Below are positions 46,147-55,112 of a stretch of DNA of 64,000 nt, piece by piece. Within the stretch, counting starts at the first letter, position 1. Every line of letters starts with the position of its first letter. Below the pieces are notes generated by a model that worked only from the letters and a program-made list of their open reading frames with translations, was not told the DNA's origin and made no database searches. The stretch is from contig CAVTQI010000004.1 of assembly GCA_963736835.1 (NCBI GenBank), forward strand, positions 27,706 through 91,705, written 5' to 3'. The DNA comes from an uncultured Actinomycetes bacterium. Its GTDB lineage: Bacteria; Actinomycetota; Thermoleophilia; Gaiellales; Gaiellaceae. Made by a program: the position numbers and the translations under genes.

Positions 46147-46602
46147 ATGGGGGCCATGCTTCGCGTTGTTTTCGCCGGTCTCGCCCTGGTAGCCCTGACT
46201 GCGGCCTGCGGCGGTGACGTCGATCCCGCGGCCACGCCCGCAGGCCTCGCGCAGGTCCGCTTCCTCGACCAGCTCTACAACGGACAAATCGAGCGCGCCT
46301 ACGCCACCCTCCACCCCGCCTACCAGCGAGTGGTCCCGCGCTCGACGTTCGTGCAGTGCACGCGGCGGGCTGCGCTCGGCGGGCTGGACTCGATCGAAGT
46401 CCTCGACGTCTACGACGACCCGGTGCAGATCCCGGGCGGCGGCAAGGCGGGTGCAAAGGCGGTTCGGGTGCGGCTGACGTCGTCGGACGGCCAGGCGACG
46501 ACCTTCGTCAACCACGAGGTGAAGGTCGGGCAGCGCTGGCGCTGGGTCCTGAACGACGCCGCGCTGAAGGCGTTCCAAGCTGGGAAATGCCCCAGCACCT
46601 GA
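46147..46602 (+). CDS. lipoprotein, unknown function
   Basis: Lipobox LVALTAAC at residues 15-21, 151 aa. The rest of the 428-aa ORF-track ORF is antisense to the ATPase. Confidence 0.6.
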   Translation: MGAMLRVVFAGLALVALTAACGGDVDPAATPAGLAQVRFLDQLYNGQIERAYATLHPAYQRVVPRSTFVQCTRRAALGGLDSIEVLDVYDDPVQIPGGGKAGAKAVRVRLTSSDGQATTFVNHEVKVGQRWRWVLNDAALKAFQAGKCPST

Positions 46603-46623
46603 GCGCGCTGGTACCGTCGAGAC

Positions 46624-46779
46624 ATGTCAACCGCCCAGACCTACGAGGTCAAGTGCCCGCACTGCAAGAAATCCTTCAAGGGCGAGCTACTCGGGCAGGC
46701 CGGCCGTCGCGGCTTCAAGTGCCCCCACTGCCGGCTCTTCGTCCCGTACGAGCGGGCGGTAGTCGAGCGCGAGACCTAA
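46624..46779 (+). CDS. 51-aa zinc-ribbon protein (not in ORF track)
   Basis: [51 protein letters not shown], two CPHC knuckles 18 residues apart. Confidence 0.45.
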   Translation: MSTAQTYEVKCPHCKKSFKGELLGQAGRRGFKCPHCRLFVPYERAVVERET

Positions 46780-47867
46780 CAGTCTTTGAGGCCCTGCGCT
46801 TCGGGCAGGGTCTCGAGCCGCTTCAGCGTGTTGTTCTCGATCTGGCGGATCCGCTCGCGGGTGACGCCGAATGCGCGCCCCACCTCCTCGAGGGTGCACG
46901 GCTGAGAGCCGGTTAGCCCGAAGCGAAGCTCGATCACCTTCCGCTCGCGCTCCGGCAGCGAGTCGAGCGCCTTCTGGATGTCCTCGCGGCGAAGCTGGAG
47001 GGAAGCGGTGTCGAAGGGCGACTCGGCCTGCTCGTCCTGGACGAAGTCGCCGAGCTCCGACTCCTCTTCCTCGCCGATCGGCTTCTCGAGCGATACCGGG
47101 AGCTGCGCCATGCGCAGGATCTCGCGCACCTCCTCGGTCGTCATCTCGAGCTCGAGCGCGATCTCCTCGGGCTGCGGCTCACGGCCCAGGCGCTGGACCA
47201 GCTGGCGCTCGATGTGCACGACCTTGTTCAGCTTCTCGACCATGTGCACCGGGATCCGGATCGTGCGCGCCTTGTCGGCGATCGCACGGGTCACCGCCTG
47301 GCGAATCCACCACGTGGCGTAGGTCGAGAACTTGTAGCCCTTGCGGTAGTCGAACTTCTCGACCGCGCGGATCAGGCCCAGCGAGCCCTCCTGGATCAGG
47401 TCGAGGAACGAGAGCCCGCGGCCGAGATAGCTCTTTGCGATCGACACCACGAGGCGCAGGTTGGCCTCGATCATGTGCGTCTTCGCGGCCATGTCCCCGC
47501 GCTCGATCCGCTTCGCCAGGTAGACCTCCTGGTCGGCGGTCAGCAGCGGCACCTTGCCGATCTCGCGCAGGTAGAGGCGCAGCGAGTCGAGCGACGGCTC
47601 GACCGAGAGATCGAGCTTCGGCCCCTTCTCCTCCTCGGCCAGGGCGGGCTGCTCGTGCGGCGGGTGCTTGTGGTTCTCCCCTTCGACCAGCTCGATCGAG
47701 TGGTCGATGAGGTACGTGTAGAAGTCCTCGATCTGTTCCTTGGAGAGATCGACGTCCTCGAGCCCGGCGACGATCTCGTCGTAGGTGAGGAAGCCCTTCT
47801 CTGTTCCGTCCTGTACCAGCTTGTGGAGCTCTTCGACGTCCGGGAGGGAGATGTCGACTGTGAGCAA
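46776..47867 (-). CDS. RpoD/SigA-family (group 1/2) sigma-70 factor
   Basis: [96 protein letters not shown] start with GAGAGG RBS. Confidence 0.9.
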   Translation of the reverse strand: MLTVDISLPDVEELHKLVQDGTEKGFLTYDEIVAGLEDVDLSKEQIEDFYTYLIDHSIELVEGENHKHPPHEQPALAEEEKGPKLDLSVEPSLDSLRLYLREIGKVPLLTADQEVYLAKRIERGDMAAKTHMIEANLRLVVSIAKSYLGRGLSFLDLIQEGSLGLIRAVEKFDYRKGYKFSTYATWWIRQAVTRAIADKARTIRIPVHMVEKLNKVVHIERQLVQRLGREPQPEEIALELEMTTEEVREILRMAQLPVSLEKPIGEEEESELGDFVQDEQAESPFDTASLQLRREDIQKALDSLPERERKVIELRFGLTGSQPCTLEEVGRAFGVTRERIRQIENNTLKRLETLPEAQGLKDC

Positions 47868-47993
47868 CGGACCTCTCTTTCGCTCTAGGGGACGGAACCC
47901 AGGAACGCAAAGAGCCGGTGCGCGTTCCCCGGCTCGCCTCTGCTCGGCGTCTGGAACTTAACAGCTATCCACAGCTGTGGGTAGGCCAGTTTT

Positions 47994-48851
47994 CTACGAG
48001 ACTTTTACCTCCCCGACCACTTCGTCTCGGCTGTTGCGAAGTGGCGTCGGGCCGAACAGGGACCCGTCCAGACCGAGCGTGTCCAGGAACGGACCGAGGG
48101 CCGGCCGGAGGGCGCGCGGACTGCCGTCCTCGACCTTCAGCGCCACCGAAAGACCGTCGGTGGACGCTGCGCAGATCAGCGCCTCGGCCCCGCCCTTCGC
48201 GTACCAGCCGTCGAAGGCCTGCATGAGCATCGTGTCGGGAGCCAGCGGGCCGCGGATCAGCTCGGGATAGGCGCGCATGGCCTGGGCGACCCGCTCCTCG
48301 ACTCCCGCGAAGGCGATCGCGATCCGTCGGAGCGGGAGCGCGAACGTGACGATGCCGCAGCCGTCGACCGCAGTTTGGATCTCGTCCGTTCCGGCCAGGG
48401 TTGCGAGCTCGGAGAGCATCGCTTGCTGGCACGGGTGGTCCGCCAGGCGGTAGCTCTCGTAGGGCCAGCCGTAGGCGTGGCACAGGGCCAGCATCCCCGC
48501 GTGCTTGCCCGAGCAGTTGTGCCTGAGCTTCGAGTCCTCGAAGGGGCCGCATTCGAGATCGTCCTCGGTGGCCGGCGCCTTGGCGAGCAGGGCGCGGACT
48601 GCCTCGAGCTGGGCGTCGTCGGCGAGATGCGAGGCGGAGGCGATCGCGAGATCTCGCTCGTCGAGGTCCGCGCGCGCGCGCGCGAGGGGCCCGGCCTGGA
48701 TCGGCTTCGCTGCTGAGCGCATGAAGGTGACGAGCTCCGGATCACCGGCCGAGGCGACGAGCTCGCCGTCTCGCACGGCTACGGCATGGACCCGGTGGAG
48801 CGATTCGCCGGTGTCCCCGCGCCGCACGGTTACCCTGATCGGCTCAGCCAT
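47994..48851 (-). CDS. asparaginase II-family protein
   Basis: ESLHRVHAVAV..FMRSAAKPIQ..LRHNCSGKHAGMLALC. Confidence 0.85.
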   Translation of the reverse strand: MAEPIRVTVRRGDTGESLHRVHAVAVRDGELVASAGDPELVTFMRSAAKPIQAGPLARARADLDERDLAIASASHLADDAQLEAVRALLAKAPATEDDLECGPFEDSKLRHNCSGKHAGMLALCHAYGWPYESYRLADHPCQQAMLSELATLAGTDEIQTAVDGCGIVTFALPLRRIAIAFAGVEERVAQAMRAYPELIRGPLAPDTMLMQAFDGWYAKGGAEALICAASTDGLSVALKVEDGSPRALRPALGPFLDTLGLDGSLFGPTPLRNSRDEVVGEVKVS

Positions 48852-48876
48852 GAGGACGAGACTCTAAGTGTCCTAA

Positions 48877-49704
48877 ATGCCGGAACTCCCGGAAATGGAG
48901 GCGTGGCGGCGCGAGCTCGACGGCCCGGTCTCGGCCTTCCCGATCGCGAAGGCCGGCCCCGCGCACATTGCAACGCTGAAGACCTTCGACCCGCCGCTGT
49001 CCGAGCTCGAGGGCCGGAAGCTCTCCGGCGCCGAGCGCCGCGCGAAGCGGCTGCTGTTCCCGACTGACGACGGCGAGCTCGTCCTGCTGGTGCACCTGAT
49101 GACTGCGGGACGGCTCAGGTACGTGCTCGCCGGCGACAAGCGACCCAAGACGCCCGCCTTCAGGCTCGCATTCGAGGGTGGCGCGGAGCTGATCCTCACC
49201 GAAGCCGGCAAGAAGAAGCGCGCAGGCGTCTGGCTGCTCGCGCCCGAGGCGGTCGAGCTGGAGCTGGGCCACCTCGGCCCGGAGGCGAACGAGGTCGGCG
49301 CCGCGCAGCTCGGCGAGATCCTCGCCGGGGAGTCGCGCCGGCTGCACTCGCTGCTCCGAGACCAGCGCGTGATCGCCGGCATCGGGCGCGCGTGGGCGAA
49401 CGAGATCCTCCATGCGGCGAAGCTGTCACCGTACGCGCTGTCTCGAGACGTGAGCCCGGAGCAGGTCGAGCACCTCGCACAGGCGATGCACGAAGAGCTC
49501 GCGCGCGGCCTCGAGCTGCGGGAGCGAGGCGCGAACGACGCGCGGACGTACCGCGTGCACAGGAAGCTCGGCGAGCCGTGTTACGTCTGCGGGACGCCGA
49601 TCGCCCAGGTCGACTTCGAGGAGCACACGATCTACTACTGCCCTCAGTGCCAGACCGGTGGCCGGACGCTCAAGGACCGCCGCCTGTCGCGTCTCCTGCG
49701 ATAA
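48877..49704 (+). CDS. Fpg/Nei-family DNA glycosylase/AP lyase
   Basis: MPELPEME N-terminus, H2TH IAGIGRAWANEILHAAKLSP, zinc finger CYVCGTP..YYCPQCQ. Confidence 0.9.
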   Translation: MPELPEMEAWRRELDGPVSAFPIAKAGPAHIATLKTFDPPLSELEGRKLSGAERRAKRLLFPTDDGELVLLVHLMTAGRLRYVLAGDKRPKTPAFRLAFEGGAELILTEAGKKKRAGVWLLAPEAVELELGHLGPEANEVGAAQLGEILAGESRRLHSLLRDQRVIAGIGRAWANEILHAAKLSPYALSRDVSPEQVEHLAQAMHEELARGLELRERGANDARTYRVHRKLGEPCYVCGTPIAQVDFEEHTIYYCPQCQTGGRTLKDRRLSRLLR

Positions 49705-49793
49705 GCGTCCGGCGAACTCGAACGGGTCGACCGGTCGGTTCCGACGGTCACATGGCAGAGCCATGCGACCTGAGGACGGCGCCGCACGCGTCG

Positions 49794-49856
49794 CCTCAGT
49801 GCCAGACTGGCGGCCGGACGCTCAAGGACCGCCGCCTGTCCCGACTGTTGCGCTAG
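49794..49856 (+). repeat. second copy of the last 20 codons + stop of the fpg/nei gene (copy 1 = 49642-49704)
   Basis: 55 of 63 nt identical. Both copies translate to PQCQTGGRTLKDRRLSRLLR*. Copy 2 is out of frame with the gene and 152 nt downstream. Confidence 0.85.
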
Positions 49857-49858
49857 AT

Positions 49859-51461
49859 CTAGCGGCGGCCGCGGCTGACGGTCAACTTGACCGCTGAGCC
49901 GCGCACGAGGTGGCGGCCCGGCCTCGGGCTCTCCGCGATGACCCGGCCCTTGCGCACTTTCGAGAGCGCCCTGCGCACCCGGCCCACGGAGCAGCCGTGC
50001 GCTCGGATTCGCCTTCGCGCCGTGGCGAGGGTCATGCCGATCACCCTCGGGACGACGCACTGGGCAGACGGCGGAGGCGGAGGTGGTGGCGGCGGTGGAG
50101 CAGGAGGCGCGCGGCGGCAGAGGCGGCGGTGGTGGCGGAGGCGGAGGCGGAGGCGGAGGCGGAGGTGGCGGCGGAGGTGGCGGTGGCGGCGGAGGTGGCG
50201 GAGGCGGCGGAGGCGGTGGAGGCGGCGGCGGAGGAGGAGGTGGAGGTGGCGGAGGCGGAGGCGGAGGCGGAGGCGGCGGGCCACCGGTCGAGTTCTCGAT
50301 CGCGTAGATGTACGAGACGTCAGCGTTGTAGAACGTCGCTGTAGCGACGTATGCCGTCGCACTGTCGGGCGAGAAGGACGGCCGCGTGTACACGATCTGG
50401 TACGCGTCGCCGTCGAGCGGCAACGGAGTCTCCCACGCTGGCGTGCCGTCAGCCGCGTTCCAGCCGCGGGCGAGCCCGGGGACGCCGAAGTCCGGCCGGT
50501 CGCCTGCGACGACGGTCTGTCCGTCGGGGCTGACCACCGGGTAGTCGATGATCGTCTCGTCGAAGAAGGTCCACCGTGGCTCCCCCTCGGGCGTGACGGA
50601 GTCGAGGTAACCCAGGCTGCGGGAGAAATAGACGGAGCCGTCGGGCGCAACGGAAGGAGGCGACATTCCGTTGGATGGCCACGGCGAGTAGTTCCAGAGG
50701 ATGCTCCCCGAGGCCGGGTCGATCCGCAGAAGGTTCCAGCCGCTCGCGCCGCCCATGGCAGTCATGTACAGGCTCCCGTCGGGCCCGGTGACCGGCTGGC
50801 GCTGCCGCTGCATGAATATGTCGTCGGAGCCGCCGATGTTCCGCGCCCAGACCTGCTGCCCGCCGAGCGTCAGCGCATACATCGTGCTCAGGGCCACGCC
50901 CTGCTCGTCGAAGCCCACGTAGAGGCGCCCGCCGCCGAAGGCGACGTCGGCGCCCAGCTGGCCGTACTCGATGAAGCGGGGATCGCCCGGGTTCGTCCAG
51001 ACGACCTCCCCCGAGGGGGAGAGCGCAAACGCGCCCGTCCCGCCGAAGTCGGTCACGACGTAGATGTTCCCGTCCGGCCCGACGGTCGGCCCGGCGATCA
51101 CGCCCTGGCCGTTGCCCGGATCGGTGAACGCCCATCGGATCGAGCCGTCGTTGGCGATGGCCGTGATCGTGCTGCCCGAGGCGACGTACACCGTGCCGTC
51201 CAACCCAACCGTAGGCCCGCCGTCGCCGGCGATGAACGGCACGGTCCAGCGCAGCGAGCCGTCAGGCCTCAGGGAATAGACGTCCCCGCTCGAAGCCGCA
51301 ACGGCGATGTTGCCGACGGGATCGACCGCAGGCGGTCTAAGGACGTACTGGCCGCGGAGCGGGAAGCGCCACTTGATCGCGCCAGGAGCGGCGAGCGCCG
51401 GAGATGCGAATGCGACGGACACGAGCGCCGCCGCCGTCAGGATGAGAAGCCTTTGGACCAC
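49859..51461 (-). pseudogene. secreted beta-propeller (PQQ-like repeats) - polyproline - PASTA-like domain protein, apparent frameshift at about 50107-50117
   Basis: Signal peptide, repeated DGSLRW/DGSIRW/GEVVW/GSILW propeller blades, then 53 Pro codons. After the tract the N-terminal frame becomes Arg-rich noise. The adjacent frame reads APPAPPPPPPPPPPSAQCVVPRVIGMTLATARRRIRAHGCSVGRV..GRVIAESPRPG..GSAVKLTVSRGRR* (stop 49859). Confidence 0.65.
50121..50279 (-). repeat. 53 consecutive proline codons ((GGCGGA)n-like on plus strand)
   Basis: All 53 in-frame plus-strand triplets from 50121 to 50279 are NGG. Confidence 0.9.
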
Positions 51462-51535
51462 TTTCGGAGCGTCTCACTACCCCTGTCCGAGTCGCAATGA
51501 GACCTTGGTCCTAGGACTCTGAAGCCGCGGGCTGC

Positions 51536-52111
51536 TCAGACGGGGAGCCGGACGAGAAGCCGCTCGCCCTCGAGCGCGAAGCTCCCTCCGATCGCCTCCG
51601 TGAGGCAGCGCGCAGCCGCGGCGCCGAGGTCCTTGAGGTCCTCCGCGAGCACGATCGGGGCAGCCGCGGCCGGGATCGGCGCGATCTCGACGGTCGACTC
51701 CGACGCGGTGAGCTCGATACGCTCGAGACCCCCGTGGCGCACTGCACACAGCGCGAGCGCCGCGAGCGCGGTCTCCATCGGATCGCGGTCGACGCGGACG
51801 GTCCCGCCGAAGCCCTTGGCCTCGGCCTGCTCGATCCTCGCCGCGGCGGCCTGCGCAAGCTCCAGCGAGTCGGCCTCGACGAGCGCCGGCTCGTAGCGGC
51901 CGGCCTCGATCCGGGCGACGAGGCCGAGCGCGTCGAGGAGCTCCCCCATCTGGTCGCCCGCCGACTTCATCATCCCGATGTAGCGCGCCGCGGGATCGAC
52001 GATGTCGTCCATTCGCTCGAGCGTGTGCGCGAACCCGGCCACGGTGGCCAGCGGCGTGCGCAGGTCGTGACAGGCGAGCGAGACGAACCGCGCGAAGCTC
52101 TCGGAGGCCAC
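51536..52111 (-). CDS. soluble HisKA-domain protein with degenerate ATPase domain
   Basis: H-box FVSLACHDLRTPLATV. The C-terminal domain lacks recognisable N/G1/G2 boxes. GTG 52111 chosen because ATG 52231 overlaps folE2. Confidence 0.55.
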   Translation of the reverse strand: MASESFARFVSLACHDLRTPLATVAGFAHTLERMDDIVDPAARYIGMMKSAGDQMGELLDALGLVARIEAGRYEPALVEADSLELAQAAAARIEQAEAKGFGGTVRVDRDPMETALAALALCAVRHGGLERIELTASESTVEIAPIPAAAAPIVLAEDLKDLGAAAARCLTEAIGGSFALEGERLLVRLPV

Positions 52112-52133
52112 GGAAAGGCACAATAGAGCGCCG

Positions 52134-53123
52134 ATGGACGATTTGACGCGACTTTTGGAAGACGACCTGCAGGCCTCGCCCTCCGAGGTGCGCCTGGGCC
52201 TCTCACGCGCGGGCGTGATGGGCGCGAGCAAGGCGATCCGGATCAGCTATGCAGGGCACGAGAAGCAGATCGCCGCCGAGATCGAGTGCACCGTCGACCT
52301 CGATCCGGCGCAGAAGGGCGTGCACATGTCGCGCTTCCCCGAGCTCTTCGAGGAGGCGATCGAGGAGGTCGTGATCGGGGAGGCGTTCCTGATCGAGGTG
52401 CTCGCCGAGCACATCGCCGCGCACATCGTCGAGCGCCAGCAGGCGCTTCGCGCGGAGGTGCGCATCACGGCGCGCTATCCGATCGAGCGCACGACGCCCG
52501 TGACCGGCCTGCCGACGCAGGAGATGGTGAGGCTGATCGGGATCGCGGCGGCCACGAGCGGCGGAGTGCGCCGGGTCGTCGGCGTCGAGGCCGCGGGGAT
52601 CAATGCGTGCCCGTGCGCGCAGGGCCTCGTGCGCGGCCGAGCGAGCGAGAGGCTCCTCGAGGCCGGGTTCGACGGGGACGACGTCGAGCGAATCCTCGAG
52701 CTCGTCCCGCTGGCGACCCACAACCAGCGCGGGCGCGGGACGCTCTACGTCGGCACCCAGGAGAGCGTCAACGCCGAGCAGCTGGTCGAGATCGTCGAAA
52801 GCTCGATGAGCGCGCCGGTCTACGAGCTCCTGAAGCGGCCCGACGAGCTCTTCGTGGTCGAGCACGCGCATCTCCAGCCGCGCTTCGTCGAGGACTCGGT
52901 GCGCCTCGCGCTGAAAGGCACCCTCGACGCGTACCCGGAGCTGGACGACGCGGACTTCGTCTTCTCACGGCAGGTCAACCTGGAGACGATCCACACGCAC
53001 GACGTGCTCGCAGAGCGCTTCGGAACGGTCGGCGAGCTACGGCGCGAGCTCGATCACGGCGGCCCGCTCGAGCACCACACGGACCTGAGCGAGTGGCTCA
53101 GGCCCGCGCGGGCTTCCGCCTGA
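52134..53123 (+). CDS. folE2: GTP cyclohydrolase I type 2 (FolE2/MptA family)
   Basis: KGVHMSRFPE, INACPCAQGL, ATHNQRGRGTLYVG. Confidence 0.85.
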   Translation: MDDLTRLLEDDLQASPSEVRLGLSRAGVMGASKAIRISYAGHEKQIAAEIECTVDLDPAQKGVHMSRFPELFEEAIEEVVIGEAFLIEVLAEHIAAHIVERQQALRAEVRITARYPIERTTPVTGLPTQEMVRLIGIAAATSGGVRRVVGVEAAGINACPCAQGLVRGRASERLLEAGFDGDDVERILELVPLATHNQRGRGTLYVGTQESVNAEQLVEIVESSMSAPVYELLKRPDELFVVEHAHLQPRFVEDSVRLALKGTLDAYPELDDADFVFSRQVNLETIHTHDVLAERFGTVGELRRELDHGGPLEHHTDLSEWLRPARASA

Positions 53124-53703
53124 GCTGAACCCGCGTCTCGGTTCCGGCGCGCAGCCGGGAGAGGTTGCCGCGGTGCAGGAGCAGCACGCCCAGGAAGGCC
53201 GCGGTCGTGAAGACGAGCACCGGCCAGGGCTCGTCCAGCAGGAGCGCCGCCACCGGCAGGGACGCCGCGGCGAGGATCGACGAGACGGATGCGTAGCGCG
53301 TCACGGCAAACACCGCGATCCAGACGAGCGCGCCCACGAGCCCGACGAGCGGGGCGAGACCGAAGAGCGCGCCGCCGCAGGTCGCCACCATCTTCCCGCC
53401 CTTCGCGAAGCGGAGGAAGATCGGGCGCCAGTGGCCGAGCATCGCCGCCCCGCCGGCGAGCGCGCCGGCGACGTGGCCGACCGTGAGTGTCGCGACGAGC
53501 GCCGGCACGAAGCCCTTGGCCACGTCGAGCGCGATCACCGGGATCGCATACCGCGGCCCGAAGGAGCGCCAGACGTTCGTGGCGCCGATGTTCCCGCTGC
53601 CGACGGTTCGGATGTCGACGCCGCGCGTCCAGCGGACGACCCAGTACCCGGATGGAATGCTGCCGGCGAGATAGCCGACGACGATGAAGAGCGCGGTCTC
53701 GAT
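53098..53703 (-). CDS. plsY: glycerol-3-phosphate acyltransferase PlsY (start codon unresolved)
   Basis: [55 protein letters not shown]. The homology continues 55 codons upstream of the only GTG (53538). Candidates are ATC 53703 or CTG 53739. Confidence 0.8.
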   Translation of the reverse strand: METALFIVVGYLAGSIPSGYWVVRWTRGVDIRTVGSGNIGATNVWRSFGPRYAIPVIALDVAKGFVPALVATLTVGHVAGALAGGAAMLGHWRPIFLRFAKGGKMVATCGGALFGLAPLVGLVGALVWIAVFAVTRYASVSSILAAASLPVAALLLDEPWPVLVFTTAAFLGVLLLHRGNLSRLRAGTETRVQLRRKPARA

Positions 53704-53705
53704 GG

Positions 53706-54329
53706 CTACCTCAAGGGGATTGCGTACCCCGAGACCCAGTTGTTCACGGTGCTCCAGTCCAGGTTCTCGAAGAACGCATCGATGTACGCCGCACGGTCCG
53801 TGCGGTAGTCGAGGAAGTACGCGTGCTCGTAGACGTCGAGTGCGACGAGCGGCGTCGCGTTCCAGATGGGATACGTGTTCTGCGCGTCTCCGATGTAGTT
53901 GAAGAGGCGCCCCTCGTCCCAGTCGTAGGCCGTCCAGGCCCAGCCTCGTCCGGCCATGCCGGTCGCCTTCAGGTCGGCGCGCCAGTCCGCGGCGCCGCCG
54001 AAGTCCCGCTCGATGAGATCTGCGATCGCACCCGTCGGGTCACCGCCGTCGCCGCCCAGATGCTCGAAGTAGATCTCGTGATTCTTCACGCCGCCGATCG
54101 CGAACGTGAGGTCGACCTTGAGCGCGCGGATCTCCGAGTAGACCTGGTTCCCGGTGGAGAGGTCGACGTCGGCGAGCTTGGCGAGGATCTCGTTCCGCTT
54201 CGCGACGTACCCCTCGTACAGCTTGTAGTGGGCCTCGACGGACTCGCGGGAGATCCCCTCGAGCTCGTAGAGGGCGGGCTTCAACTCTCGTGGTGCGATC
54301 TCTTCCGTGTTGTGGACGAGCGTGGCCAA
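53706..54329 (-). CDS. divergent Fe/Mn superoxide-dismutase-family paralog
   Basis: [37 protein letters not shown]. All four metal-ligand positions appear retained. TTG 54329 with GGAGAGGAG RBS. Confidence 0.75.
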   Translation of the reverse strand: MATLVHNTEEIAPRELKPALYELEGISRESVEAHYKLYEGYVAKRNEILAKLADVDLSTGNQVYSEIRALKVDLTFAIGGVKNHEIYFEHLGGDGGDPTGAIADLIERDFGGAADWRADLKATGMAGRGWAWTAYDWDEGRLFNYIGDAQNTYPIWNATPLVALDVYEHAYFLDYRTDRAAYIDAFFENLDWSTVNNWVSGYAIPLR

Positions 54330-54392
54330 CAGGACTCCTCTCCGGAATGGGCGTCGGCGAGCATAATCGCCGATACAAGGAAAGGAGCGCAG

Positions 54393-55019
54393 ATGGCATT
54401 CGAGGTTCCACCTCTTCCGTACGACTACAACGCGCTCGAGCCGCACATCGACGAGGAGACGATGCGTCTCCACCACGACAAGCACCACCAGGCCTACGTG
54501 GACAAGGCGAATGCGGCGCTCGAGGGCACCGACGCGGCACAGGAGTCGGTCGAGAGCGTCCTCTCTCTCTTGGACACGTTCCCGGAGGACAAGCAAATGG
54601 TCATCCGCAACAACGCGGGCGGCCACGCGAACCACTCGTTCTTCTGGGAGATCATGAGCCCGGACGGCGGCGGCGAGCCCGAGGGAGAGCTAGCCGGCGC
54701 GATCGACGACACGTTCGGCTCGCTGGGCGAGCTGAAGAAGGCCGTCAACGACGGCGGCGTGGCCCGGTTCGGCTCCGGCTGGACGTGGCTCGTCCACGAC
54801 GGCACCGGCCTCGCGGTGTACTCGACGGCGAACCAGGACTCCCCGCTCATGCAGTCGGACGAGCCGCTGCTCGGTATCGACGTCTGGGAGCACGCCTACT
54901 ACCTCAAGTACCAGAACCGCCGCCCGGACTACCTCGAAGCGTGGTGGAACGTGGTCAACTGGCCCGCGGTAGCCGAGCGCTATGCCCGCGCCATCGGCAC
55001 CGTGAGAGCAGCGACCTAA
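54393..55019 (+). CDS. sodA: Fe/Mn superoxide dismutase
   Basis: [59 protein letters not shown]. Confidence 0.9.
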   Translation: MAFEVPPLPYDYNALEPHIDEETMRLHHDKHHQAYVDKANAALEGTDAAQESVESVLSLLDTFPEDKQMVIRNNAGGHANHSFFWEIMSPDGGGEPEGELAGAIDDTFGSLGELKKAVNDGGVARFGSGWTWLVHDGTGLAVYSTANQDSPLMQSDEPLLGIDVWEHAYYLKYQNRRPDYLEAWWNVVNWPAVAERYARAIGTVRAAT

Positions 55020-55066
55020 CCGCGGTTCACCCGTGCAGGCGAGCGAAGCGAAGCCGCTACACGTCA

Positions 55067-55095
55067 AGAGGCCGGGGGACCCCGCCCCGGCCTCT
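55067..55095. terminator. bidirectional hairpin between convergent sodA and the cupredoxin-like gene
   Basis: AGAGGCCGGGG-N7-CCCCGGCCTCT, 11-bp perfect stem. Confidence 0.5.
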
Positions 55096-55112
55096 CGACG
55101 ATGTCCGTCGCC

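Noticed and set aside
49600-49900. Possible integrated mobile element at the duplicated fpg 3' end
   Set aside because: Only 89 bp separate the copies. There is no integrase, transposase, terminal inverted repeat or tRNA nearby. It is kept as a recombination-scar finding rather than called a mobile element.
50060-50290. Highly repetitive GGCGGAGGC tract considered as a CRISPR array or non-coding tandem repeat
   Set aside because: There is no repeat-spacer organisation. The tract is an uninterrupted in-frame run of CCN codons inside a gene and has a shorter counterpart in the GH25 gene.
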